The notes under the pieces: generated by a model
The model's database searches: none
What the model saw: the letters and a program-made list of their open reading frames with translations, nothing else
Told to the model about the DNA's origin: nothing
DNA from: Hyalangium minutum
GTDB lineage: Bacteria > Myxococcota > Myxococcia > Myxococcales > Myxococcaceae
NCBI RefSeq assembly: GCF_000737315.1
Contig: NZ_JMCB01000001.1
Coordinates: forward strand, 20,001 to 144,000
DNA: 124,000 bases
Direction: 5' to 3'
Program-made: the position numbers and the translations under genes
Shown here: positions 37,325 to 46,428 of the stretch, one piece after another
Position numbering within the stretch: position 1 is the first letter of the stretch
Layout of the letters: the number at the start of each line of letters is the position of its first letter

Positions 37325-38039
37325 GTGACTGCCTCCTTGCATCGTCGGAGGAAGCCGGGGCTTCCTCGTCGTCTAAAAGTTCCTTGAGCCGCTCGATGGC
37401 CCGCGCATGAAGCCGCGACGCCCAGCTCTTCGACTGCCCAATCTCCGCGCCCGCCTCTTCCAGCGTCTTCCCGTGGAAGTAGTACCCCTGCAGCAGCTGC
37501 CGCTCCTTCTCCGGGAGCTGATCGATCGCCGCCCTCACCCGCCGCTTCAGCTGCTCCATCTCCAGCCGCTGATCCGCCGGCAGAGACTCATCCACGTACC
37601 CCGACGCGTCCAGCCCTTCCAGGCTGGTGGCCAGCACCATGGCCAGCCCCGTCACCGCGTTGGAGATGTCATTCACATCATCGTCAAATGACCCTCCGCG
37701 GTTGCCTCCGCCCTGCTCGCGGTCCGACAAATTTCCAAGGTAAGCGGCCGCCCGTTCACCCACGAACGCGCCGCGCGCATCCGCGCCCTTCAACACCCCC
37801 ATTTTCCTCAGGCCGTCGAAAATGGCGCCCTTGATGCGGTAGTGGGCAAAGGTGAGGAAATTGGCTCCCACCTTGGGATCAAAGCGATCTGCCGCCTCGA
37901 GCAGACCGATCTGCCCGTAGGCCATCAACTCCTCGATCTCGAGCTGGGCGTTGAACTGCTTGCGGACAGTCGCTGCCAGCGACCGCACGTAAGGGCCGTA
38001 TTTCTCGAGGATCGCCTTCTTGTCGTCGCCGAAGCCCAA
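37206..38039 (-). CDS. fliA: FliA/WhiG-family (sigma28) RNA polymerase sigma factor
   Basis: Region 2 GQIGLLEAADRFDP...YRIKGAIFDGLR; region 4 LPEKERQLL..YY..KTLEE; TTG start estimated. Confidence 0.85.
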   Translation of the reverse strand: MGFGDDKKAILEKYGPYVRSLAATVRKQFNAQLEIEELMAYGQIGLLEAADRFDPKVGANFLTFAHYRIKGAIFDGLRKMGVLKGADARGAFVGERAAAYLGNLSDREQGGGNRGGSFDDDVNDISNAVTGLAMVLATSLEGLDASGYVDESLPADQRLEMEQLKRRVRAAIDQLPEKERQLLQGYYFHGKTLEEAGAEIGQSKSWASRLHARAIERLKELLDDEEAPASSDDARRQSHGGSDSRHLGRTDRAAEAAGSGRAAGEQAGSLEVRRGSR

Positions 38040-38046
38040 ACGCCGC

Positions 38047-38448
38047 TCACTCGGCCTTCGACCACAGCCGCTCAAGAACCTGGTTGAGCCGGGGATCCTC
38101 TTGGAGCGCGTCCGCGATCTTGCTGGAGAGCGCGGAGGACTTCATCCGGAGCTTCTCCTTGAGGACCTCAGCGACGAGGTGCTTCGTGGCCTCCTCCTTG
38201 TTCTTGAAGCCGCCGTTCTTGAGCTGCTTGGCGATGGCCATGGCCTGGGAGGAGATGGGATCCGCCGCCCGGGCCTGCTCGACATTGGAAGAGCCCACCA
38301 GCCCGGAGGGCCCCACCAGGGACTCGGCCTTGTCGACCTTGCCCCCGAAACTCGAACCACCCGCGGGAGCCTTGCCGGACGCACCCCTCGCGCCACCCGC
38401 ACGGCCCTTACCACCCCCGCGTCCTACGCCACCGACTGACATCGCCAA
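38047..38448 (-). CDS. Hypothetical protein (FlgM-like candidate)
   Basis: Gly-rich N-terminus, helical C-terminus; abuts the sigma gene. Confidence 0.55.
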   Translation of the reverse strand: MAMSVGGVGRGGGKGRAGGARGASGKAPAGGSSFGGKVDKAESLVGPSGLVGSSNVEQARAADPISSQAMAIAKQLKNGGFKNKEEATKHLVAEVLKEKLRMKSSALSSKIADALQEDPRLNQVLERLWSKAE

Positions 38449-38475
38449 GCCTCCTCAGCTCCAGCGCATTGTGCG

Positions 38476-38910
38476 CTACTTCTTCGGCGGAGGCAGCGCC
38501 CCCGCCTCTTTTGCATCGATGAGGGCACGCGCGAGCCGGGCGCCATCGCCCTCGGGCTCGAGATCCACCGCGGCCTTCAGTTCCTTCAGCGCTTCCGGGA
38601 CCTTGCCCATGAAGAGTAGCGCTTCGCCAGCGTGCGCGCGCGGCAGGGCGGAGTTCGGGGCCAGACGCTGGGCCGCCCGGTAGGCTTGCAGGGCCTTGTC
38701 GTGGCGCCCCTGGGCGAACTCCAGCGCGCCCAGCGCCAGCTGCGGCACCTCGCTCTTGGGCATCAAGGCCACGGCGCCGGTGAAGACGTCCTTCGCCTTG
38801 TCGTACTTGCCCATCTCCAGCCAGATGTAGCCGGCCTCGAGCAGGATCATCGCCTGCTGCTTGCCCACCGGGACGACGCTGCCAGCAATCTCCGACGCAG
38901 ACTCCGCCAT
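38476..38910 (-). CDS. TPR protein (T3SS chaperone-like)
   Basis: Three TPRs; second gene of the main operon. Confidence 0.75.
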   Translation of the reverse strand: MAESASEIAGSVVPVGKQQAMILLEAGYIWLEMGKYDKAKDVFTGAVALMPKSEVPQLALGALEFAQGRHDKALQAYRAAQRLAPNSALPRAHAGEALLFMGKVPEALKELKAAVDLEPEGDGARLARALIDAKEAGALPPPKK

Positions 38911-39008
38911 GAAGCGTGCTCTCCTGTGCAAGGGCCCGGAAGGAAGAAGGGGGGCAGTACCGCAGCCCCCCTTCCCACTCGGCGCCCGACCACCAACAGC
39001 TTAGCGGA

Positions 39009-39584
39009 TTAGCGGATGTTGCCGATCGCGTTCTTCGCCGTCTCGTGGCGGGACTTCAGCACGTTGGAGACGGCCTGGTACTTCTGGGACTCCTGCTGCA
39101 TGGCGGACTGGAGCTTCAGCAGGTTCTTCTGCTCCTGGAACATGCCGGCCAGCTCACCGTTGAACTCGGAGCCCGGCGTGCCCGTGTTGCCCGCCAGGTA
39201 GTTCGGGCCGCCCGCGGTGCCGCCGCCGCCCACGCCCGGGATGCCGACGCTGCCGCCGGAGCCCACGGTGGTGTTCACGGAGGGAACGCCCACCGAGCCC
39301 GCGCCCGTGCTGCCCGAGCCCGCGCCCGGCAGAACCGACGTGTACGGAGTGGACGCGCCGCCAGTGGCGCCCGACGCGGTAAGCGTCGTCATCGACGAGA
39401 CCGCCGCCGAGACGATGCCGCCACCGGAGAACATCCCCGTGGCCAGACCCACGCCGCCGGCGACCGCGCCCGCCGCGTTGTTCACGCCCGCCTGAACGCG
39501 AGCACCGAAGCTCGTGTCCGGGGTCTGCCGACCCACCGACAGGTTGGTAGACATCCGAGGACCCATCAATCCATCGACCTTCAT
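39009..39584 (-). CDS. Needle-like protein with long Gly-rich N-terminal extension
   Basis: C-terminal EQKNLLKLQSAMQ...VLKSRHETAKNAIGNIR aligns without gaps to the 75-aa subunits. Confidence 0.65.
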   Translation of the reverse strand: MKVDGLMGPRMSTNLSVGRQTPDTSFGARVQAGVNNAAGAVAGGVGLATGMFSGGGIVSAAVSSMTTLTASGATGGASTPYTSVLPGAGSGSTGAGSVGVPSVNTTVGSGGSVGIPGVGGGGTAGGPNYLAGNTGTPGSEFNGELAGMFQEQKNLLKLQSAMQQESQKYQAVSNVLKSRHETAKNAIGNIR

Positions 39585-39653
39585 TTTTTCCTCCAGCGTT
39601 CGGACAACTTCGAAAGGTTCAGAGCCCCGGCCAGCCCGGCGCTCTCATTGTAA

Positions 39654-39680
39654 TTATCGCTGATCACGCGCCTGGGTTGC
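39654..39680 (-). promoter_or_regulatory. sigma28-like promoter at the head of the T3SS operon
   Basis: GCAACCCA-N11-AGCGATAA. Confidence 0.55.
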
Positions 39681-39750
39681 CTCGGGTCCGGAAAATCCCG
39701 GCGCAACGCAAATGTTTCCAGCAATTCCAGGCACTTGCGCAGCGGGGTAG

Positions 39751-40029
39751 CTACTTGCGGCCCTTGCCGCCCTTGTTCTCCGCGATCAGATGTTCGCGCG
39801 TTTCGAGAAGAATGCCCAGTAGCTCTTCGGCGCTTGACAACGCGGCCTGGATCTTCTTGCCCTGCTCAGCCTTGGGACCCTTGAGGGTGTCGAGGCCCTC
39901 CTTGATGGGGTTGAAGAGCGACTGGACCTCTTCCGCGGTGGCGCCCTCGATGAAGGACTCGATCGCCGGATAGGACGGAGTGGGAAGAGGCTCAGCTTCA
40001 GGGGCTTGCTGCTGCTTGGGAGGAGGCAT
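39751..40029 (-). CDS. Small hypothetical helical protein
   Basis: 92-aa ORF at the locus edge. Confidence 0.55.
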   Translation of the reverse strand: MPPPKQQQAPEAEPLPTPSYPAIESFIEGATAEEVQSLFNPIKEGLDTLKGPKAEQGKKIQAALSSAEELLGILLETREHLIAENKGGKGRK

Positions 40030-40297
40030 TGTAGGAAGGGTCTCCTGTCAGGGCGCCGTCCGGGCGGCCGACTCAAAAGCGGATGTACGGACGGTAGGAG
40101 AAAACTCCCTCTCTGTTCAAGACGGGCGTCGTACCACCGAGAGCAATGTGGACAGAAAGCCACGGCCGCAGAGCAAGCATGCACGCGGCATTGCCTCGGA
40201 GGGCCTGTCCGCGCCTCCCAGCGCACCTACGTTTTTCCTAGCGGGGGATGCGCACCGCCCTTCCGCACTCACCACATCCAGATGGGGGATGACTTCC

Positions 40298-40939
40298 ATG
40301 AAGAAGCTGACGGGACTTTTCGCGGCCGTGGCACTGATGAGCCCGGGCATGGCGCTCGCGAACGAGGGGAAGAAGCACGACCAGCAGCAGACGCAGAACC
40401 AGAGCAACACGGGCGGGTCTGGCGTCCAGACAACCACCGGTAGCAGCCCCGAGAGCTCGCTCGGTACGGGCAACCAGATGGGCCAGAGCGGAACGACGAA
40501 CCCGCTGAGCGGCAACCAGATCACGGGCCGCGTCGTGAAGAGCGACAAGAAGATGATCTGGGTCGAGCACGCGGGCGCCATCGTCCCGCTGAAGGTCGAC
40601 AAGAACACGCAGTTCACGGATCCGAGCCTGAAGCGGGCCTCGGACTTCAAGGAGGGCGATGAGATCCGCGCCTCCTTCGAAGTGCGCAAGACGGACAACG
40701 TGGCCACCAGCATCCAGAAGAACACCGACGTGGGCCAGGGCGGCAGCGGCTCGGACGTGATGATGCCGGACAAGGGCATCAACCAGCCGTCGGACACCCT
40801 GCCTCCTTCCAGCGTGCCGCCCATGAATGAGGGACTGGGCGGCAGCGGCGACCTGGGCCCTGACATCACCCACCAGGGCTCGGACCTCGGCACTGGCTCG
40901 GACGTGAACCAGGGCAACAAGACCAGCGGCGACTTCTAG
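40298..40939 (+). CDS. Secreted hypothetical protein (small OB-like core, Gly/Ser tails)
   Basis: Signal peptide MKKLTGLFAAVALMSPGMALA; ITGRVVKSD core. Confidence 0.7.
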   Translation: MKKLTGLFAAVALMSPGMALANEGKKHDQQQTQNQSNTGGSGVQTTTGSSPESSLGTGNQMGQSGTTNPLSGNQITGRVVKSDKKMIWVEHAGAIVPLKVDKNTQFTDPSLKRASDFKEGDEIRASFEVRKTDNVATSIQKNTDVGQGGSGSDVMMPDKGINQPSDTLPPSSVPPMNEGLGGSGDLGPDITHQGSDLGTGSDVNQGNKTSGDF

Positions 40940-41332
40940 CAGCGCCCTGCTCCTGAGAGCGCTCCGCTGCTCTGCAGGAGTGCTGCTGACCACCTGCTGG
41001 GCCCGAGGCCCGCGATCCACCGCTCGGATCGTGGGCCTCGATCTTTGTAACAAGGCCGTAACGGCTTGCCCTCCGCTCGCTCTTCTCCCACCCCCATTCC
41101 ACATTGACGGCGTTGTCGTGAGGCAGCTAGATGCCGCCCCGTCGGGTGGTGCCGCGTCCTTGCGTCGCACCACTATCCAGGGGGTCGCCATGACGGCGGG
41201 TGGGAATTGCCACCTCGAGAGCCGCTTTAGCGAATGTGTCCGCCACACGAGCGGAGCCGTCCGCAAGCCATCATCCGCCCCGCCCCGCCTGGTCCCCCTG
41301 CCCGTCAGCGAGTTGTGAAAGGACCCCTCTCC

Positions 41333-42070
41333 ATGTCCGCAGCGCCCATTGTCGACATCAACGAAGTCACCAAGGACTACCGCCTCGGCAAGGTGGTGGT
41401 GCCCGCCCTCCGAGGCGTCTCGCTCCAGGTTCACCCCGGAGAGTTCATCTCCATCGCGGGCCCGTCGGGCAGCGGGAAGACGACGATGCTGAACCTCATT
41501 GGCTGCGTGGACACTGCCACCGCAGGCGTGGTGAAGGTGGCCGGCCAGGACACGAAGCAGCTCACCGAGCGAGCGCTCACGGACCTGCGGCTGCACACCA
41601 TCGGGTTCATCTTCCAGAGCTTCAACCTGGTGTCGGTGCTCAGCGTCTTCCAGAACGTGGAATTCCCCCTGCTGCTCCAGAAGAAGCTCAACGCCCAGCA
41701 GCGGCGTGAGCGGGTCACGCAATTGCTGGAGCAGGTGGGCCTCGCCGGCCACGCGAAGCACCGCCCCAACGAGCTGTCCGGCGGACAGCGCCAGCGCGTC
41801 GCGGTCGCCCGCGCCCTGGTGACTCAGCCGCAGATCGTCCTGGCGGACGAGCCGACGGCGAACCTGGACTCCGTCACCGGCCAGCAGATCATCGACCTGA
41901 TGAAGGCGATGAACCGCGAGCGCGGCACCACCTTCATCTTCTCCACGCACGACGCCAAGGTGATGACCCACGCCAACGCCGTGGTGCGTCTGAAGGACGG
42001 GATGATCCTCGACCGCGTCACTCCCGCCGAGGCGGGCATGGCCCTGGCGGCCGGTGCGGAGGGGCACTGA
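41333..42070 (+). CDS. ABC transporter ATP-binding protein (LolD/MacB-like)
   Basis: GPSGSGKT, LSGGQRQRV and ADEPTANLD motifs. Confidence 0.95.
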   Translation: MSAAPIVDINEVTKDYRLGKVVVPALRGVSLQVHPGEFISIAGPSGSGKTTMLNLIGCVDTATAGVVKVAGQDTKQLTERALTDLRLHTIGFIFQSFNLVSVLSVFQNVEFPLLLQKKLNAQQRRERVTQLLEQVGLAGHAKHRPNELSGGQRQRVAVARALVTQPQIVLADEPTANLDSVTGQQIIDLMKAMNRERGTTFIFSTHDAKVMTHANAVVRLKDGMILDRVTPAEAGMALAAGAEGH

Positions 42071-44178
42071 TGGGCACGCTCAAGCTGCTCTTGCAGGTGG
42101 CCTTCCGCAACCTGTTCAAGAGCTGGGTCAACGTCATCATCGGCGGCATCATCTTCTTCGCCACCTTCCTGGTGGTGACGGGCGGCGCGCTCCTAGACAG
42201 CGTGGACTCGTCCATGAGCCGGTCGATCATCGGCTCCATCGCGGGCCACATCCAGGTGTACTCGGAGAAGTCCAAGGAAGAGCTGGCGCTGTTCGTCACC
42301 ATGGGTGGCGAGGCGGACGTCGCGGCCATGGACAGCTTCAGCCCCATCAAGGCGGCGCTGGAGAAGCACCCCAACGTGAAGACAGTGGTGCCCATGGGCG
42401 CCAATGGCGCGCTCATTACCTCCGGCAACACGGTGGACCTGACGCTGGCGCGCCTGCGCGGGCTGTACCGGAAGAACGCCGAGGAGGGCGACACGCCCGA
42501 GCGGCGCGCCCAGATCGACAGCCTCAAGGCGCATGTGCGTCACCTGGCCGAGCTGCTCGAGGCCGAGAAGGCCACGCGCACCAAGCTGGTCCGGGAAGAG
42601 ACCCTGGATCCCGCAGAGGTGGCGGCGCTGGCCAAGGCACGCTCGGAGGAGTTCTGGGCGGGCTTCGACAAGGACCCGTTCGGCTCGCTGGAGTTCCTGG
42701 AGAACCAGCTGGCGCCCCAGGTGGCCGATGGAGACCTGCTCTACATCCGCTATGTGGGCACGGACCTGGATGCGTTCCAGAAGAGCTTCGACCGCATGCA
42801 GATCATCGACGGCACGGCGGTGCCCCAGGGCAAGCGCGGCATGCTGCTGTCCAAGTACTTCTATGAGGAGTTTCTCAAGCTGAAGTCCGCGCGCCGGATG
42901 GACCTCATCAAGGAGGCGCTCGAGACGAAGCAGAAGACGATCGCCTCGGACCCGCTGCTTCAGCGCTACGTGAAGGAGAACTCCACGCAGCCGCGCGAGA
43001 TCGTCTACCAGCTGGATCCCATGAAGTCGCAGCAGGCCGTGTCGCGGCTCCAGGACATCTTGCAGAGCAAGGAGACGGATCTGTCCAAGCTGGTGAGCCA
43101 GTTCCTCACGGTGACCGACGAGAACTTCGACACCCGCTACAAGCAGTACTACGAGCAACTGGTGCCGCTGTTGGACCTGTACCGCCTGAAGATGGGGGAC
43201 ACGATCACCATCACCGCGTTCAGCCGCACCGGCTACGTGCAGAGCGTGAACGTGCCCATCTACGGCACCTACCAGTTCAGCGGCCTGGAGAAGTCCCCGC
43301 TGGCGGGCTCCGCGAACCTGATGGACCTGGTGTCCTTCCGCGAGCTGTACGGCTACCTCACCGAGGAGAAGAAGGAGGAGATCGCCCTGCTCAAGCAGAA
43401 GAGCGGCGCGGCCGAGGTGAAGCGCGAGAACGCCGAGGAGGCCCTCTTCGGCGAGGCGGCTCCCTCCACCCTGGTGGCGGACGCCACGCCCGGCTTGATC
43501 AACGAGAACGAGCAGATCACCTCCACCGGCGCCGCCCTGCGCAACGAGGACCTGCTCAAGCGCGTCTACTCCCAGAAGGAGATCGAAGAGGGCATGGTGC
43601 TGAGCTCCGCCATCATCCTCAAGGATCCGGAGAAGCTGGAGACCACCCTGTCCGAGCTCGGGAAGTCCCAGGAGCTGAAGGACCTGAAGCTGCGCGTGGT
43701 GAGCTGGCAGAAGGCCGCGGGCCTCATTGGCCAGTTCGTGCTGATGATGCGCATGGTGCTGTGGGGCATCATCGTCATCCTCTTCGTGGTGATCCTGGCC
43801 ATCATCAACAACGCGGTGATGATGGCCACCCTCCAGCGCGTGAGGGAGGTGGGCACCATGCGAGCCATCGGCGCGCAGCGCTCCTTCATCCTGGCCATGG
43901 TGATGCTGGAGACGGTGGTGCTGGGCGCGGTGTTTGGCGGCCTGGGAGCTGGGGCTGGCAGCGCGCTCATCCGCTGGCTTGGCAAGGTCGGCATCCCCGC
44001 GGGCACCGAGGAGCTCTACTTCTTCTTCAGCGGCCCCCGGCTGCTGCCCACCCTGAGCGCCTCGAACATCGTTGTCGCCTTCATCCTCGTGGTGGGCGTC
44101 TCCCTGTTCTCCACCTTCTACCCCGCCTTTATGGCCACGCGCGTGTCGCCCGTCACGGCGATGCAGACGGACGAGTGA
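42070..44178 (+). CDS. ABC transporter permease (FtsX/LolE-like) with large periplasmic insertion
   Basis: AFRNL, N-terminal TM helix, RVREVGTMRAIG and three C-terminal TM helices. Confidence 0.9.
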   Translation: MGTLKLLLQVAFRNLFKSWVNVIIGGIIFFATFLVVTGGALLDSVDSSMSRSIIGSIAGHIQVYSEKSKEELALFVTMGGEADVAAMDSFSPIKAALEKHPNVKTVVPMGANGALITSGNTVDLTLARLRGLYRKNAEEGDTPERRAQIDSLKAHVRHLAELLEAEKATRTKLVREETLDPAEVAALAKARSEEFWAGFDKDPFGSLEFLENQLAPQVADGDLLYIRYVGTDLDAFQKSFDRMQIIDGTAVPQGKRGMLLSKYFYEEFLKLKSARRMDLIKEALETKQKTIASDPLLQRYVKENSTQPREIVYQLDPMKSQQAVSRLQDILQSKETDLSKLVSQFLTVTDENFDTRYKQYYEQLVPLLDLYRLKMGDTITITAFSRTGYVQSVNVPIYGTYQFSGLEKSPLAGSANLMDLVSFRELYGYLTEEKKEEIALLKQKSGAAEVKRENAEEALFGEAAPSTLVADATPGLINENEQITSTGAALRNEDLLKRVYSQKEIEEGMVLSSAIILKDPEKLETTLSELGKSQELKDLKLRVVSWQKAAGLIGQFVLMMRMVLWGIIVILFVVILAIINNAVMMATLQRVREVGTMRAIGAQRSFILAMVMLETVVLGAVFGGLGAGAGSALIRWLGKVGIPAGTEELYFFFSGPRLLPTLSASNIVVAFILVVGVSLFSTFYPAFMATRVSPVTAMQTDE

Positions 44179-44182
44179 AGCC

Positions 44183-45643
44183 ATGTCCCAACGCCCCTTC
44201 CATGTGAGGCTGATCCAGGCCCTCGAAGACCCCTCGGGCCTGAACTGGCTCCAGCGCATGGCCCTGCAGCCCGTCCGCGCCGTCTACGCGCTCTACAACC
44301 TGGGCTACTTTTTCTATTACCTGCTGACCCACCCTGCGGAGGTCGCCATGCTGTGCCGGGTGGCCGTCCGCAACCTGCGGGCCCACCAGCGGCGCACCCT
44401 CCTGCTCGGAGGCGCCATTGGCGGCGTCACCGCAGTGCTCGTCATCCTGATGGGCGTCACCAACGGGATGAAGTCCACCATGCTGGAGTCGGCCACCACG
44501 CTCATGAGCGGGCACGTGAACGTGGGCGGCTTCTACAAAGTCACCGCGGGCCAGTCCGCGCCCGTGGTCACCGAGTACCCGAAGCTCGTCGCGAAGATCC
44601 GCCAGGACGTACCCGAGCTGGACTACATCTCCCAGCGCGGCCGCGGCTGGGCCAAGCTCGTCTCCGACACCGGCTCCATGCAGGTGGGCGTAGGCGGCAT
44701 GGACGTCGAGGCCGAGCCGGGCTTCCGCAAGGTCGTCCAGCTTCGCAAGGGAAATCTGGATGACCTGAAGCAGCCGGGCACCATCCTCATCTTCGAGGAG
44801 CAGGCCAAGAAGCTGGAAGTGACGGTGGGCGACACGCTGACGCTGTCGGCCCCCACCATGCGCGGCATCAACAACACGCAGGACGTGCGCGTGGTGGCCA
44901 TCGCCGCCAACATCGGGATGATGAGCGCGTGGAACACCTTCGTGCCCAGCAAGAGCCTGAGGGACTTGTACCAGCTCAAGGACGACACCACCGGCGCCAT
45001 CTACCTGTACCTCAAGGACATGAAGGACATCCCCGCGGTGCAGCAGCGGCTGCGCACCCAGCTGGCCGAGTCAGGCTACACGCTCATGGACAACGACCCA
45101 CGCGCCTTCTGGATGAAGTTCGACGTGGTCAACCGCGAGGGCTGGACGGGCCAGAAGCTGGACATCACCAACTGGGAGGACGAGATCTCCTTCGTGCAGT
45201 GGGTGGTGCAGGCCTTGGGCGCCATCACCGGCGGGCTCACCTTCGTGCTGCTGGTGGTCATCGCCGCTGGCATCACGAACACGCTGTGGATCGCCATCCG
45301 CGAGCGCACCCGGGAGATTGGCACGCTGCGCGCCATTGGCATGAAGCGCGAGAGCGTGCAGACGATGTTCCTGGCGGAGGCGCTGATCCTCAGCCTCGTG
45401 GCGACCCTCACGGGCGCGCTGGTGGCCGCGGGGCTCTGCTTCCTCGTCAACGCCCAGCACATCCGCGCCCCTGAGGTCGTCCAGGTGATGCTGCTGACGG
45501 AGCACTGGTTCTTGAAGATCGAGCCCGGCTCCGTGGTGTTCGCGGTGGCGCTCATCACTGGGGCCTCCATGTTCGTGAGTCTGATTCCCTCGTTCCTCGC
45601 CGCGCGGATGAAGCCCGTGACGGCCATGCACCACATCGGGTGA
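44183..45643 (+). CDS. ABC transporter permease (FtsX/LolE-like)
   Basis: AVRNL...ERTREIGTLRAIG. Confidence 0.9.
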   Translation: MSQRPFHVRLIQALEDPSGLNWLQRMALQPVRAVYALYNLGYFFYYLLTHPAEVAMLCRVAVRNLRAHQRRTLLLGGAIGGVTAVLVILMGVTNGMKSTMLESATTLMSGHVNVGGFYKVTAGQSAPVVTEYPKLVAKIRQDVPELDYISQRGRGWAKLVSDTGSMQVGVGGMDVEAEPGFRKVVQLRKGNLDDLKQPGTILIFEEQAKKLEVTVGDTLTLSAPTMRGINNTQDVRVVAIAANIGMMSAWNTFVPSKSLRDLYQLKDDTTGAIYLYLKDMKDIPAVQQRLRTQLAESGYTLMDNDPRAFWMKFDVVNREGWTGQKLDITNWEDEISFVQWVVQALGAITGGLTFVLLVVIAAGITNTLWIAIRERTREIGTLRAIGMKRESVQTMFLAEALILSLVATLTGALVAAGLCFLVNAQHIRAPEVVQVMLLTEHWFLKIEPGSVVFAVALITGASMFVSLIPSFLAARMKPVTAMHHIG

Positions 45644-45648
45644 TTGCC

Positions 45649-46428
45649 ATGACGCCTCGAAACCTGCTGTCCGCCGCGCTCGCCGCGGTGCTGCTCGCGG
45701 CCCCTGCCGCCTTCGCGCTGGACGCGGCCGAGCTGAAGAAGACGCTGGAGGTCATCGACGACCGGCAGCGCAACAGCGGCGACTACAAGTCGCTGGTGTA
45801 CCTGGAGCAGAAGGAGAAGGACAAAGCGGACACCGTGCGCGAGGCGCTCGTCTACCGGCGCGACGCGGACGACAAGCTGATGATCCTCTTCACCAAGCCC
45901 AAGGGCGAGGCCGGCAAGGGCTACCTGCGCCTGGACAAGAACCTGTGGATCTACGATCCCAACGTGGGCAAGTGGGAGCGCCGCACCGAGCGCGAGCGCA
46001 TCGCCGGCACCGACAGCCGCCGCGCCGACTTCGACGAGTCCCGCCTCGCCGAGGAGTATGACGCGACGTACGAGGGCGAAGAGGCGCTGGGCAAGTTCCA
46101 GGTGCACAAGATGTCGCTCAAGGCCCGGCCCACCATCGACGTGGCCTACCCCGTCATCAAGCTGTGGGTGGACAAAGAGACCACCAACGTCCTGAAGCGC
46201 CAGGAGTTCGCCCTGTCCGGCCGGCTGATGCGCACGCTCTACTATCCGAAGTGGCAGAAGCTCTTCAGCGAGTCCAAGGGCGCCGACGTCTGGTACCCCC
46301 AGGAGATCCGCATCTACGACGAGGTGGAGAAGGCCAACTCCACCGTCATCCTCATCAAGAGCGTGGACCTGCGGTCGCTGGAGGCCAACATCTTCACCAA
46401 GGCGTGGCTCGAGAGTAAGAGCCGATGA
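45649..46428 (+). CDS. Outer-membrane lipoprotein-sorting (LolA-like) protein
   Basis: Signal peptide; GKGYLRLDKNLWIYDP...FALSGRLMR. Confidence 0.8.
   Translation: MTPRNLLSAALAAVLLAAPAAFALDAAELKKTLEVIDDRQRNSGDYKSLVYLEQKEKDKADTVREALVYRRDADDKLMILFTKPKGEAGKGYLRLDKNLWIYDPNVGKWERRTERERIAGTDSRRADFDESRLAEEYDATYEGEEALGKFQVHKMSLKARPTIDVAYPVIKLWVDKETTNVLKRQEFALSGRLMRTLYYPKWQKLFSESKGADVWYPQEIRIYDEVEKANSTVILIKSVDLRSLEANIFTKAWLESKSR

Noticed and set aside
12604-40029. Flagellar gene cluster
   Set aside because: No flagellin, hook, rod, FliF or Mot genes; SctJ- and SctI-like genes and SycD-like chaperones indicate a non-flagellar system.
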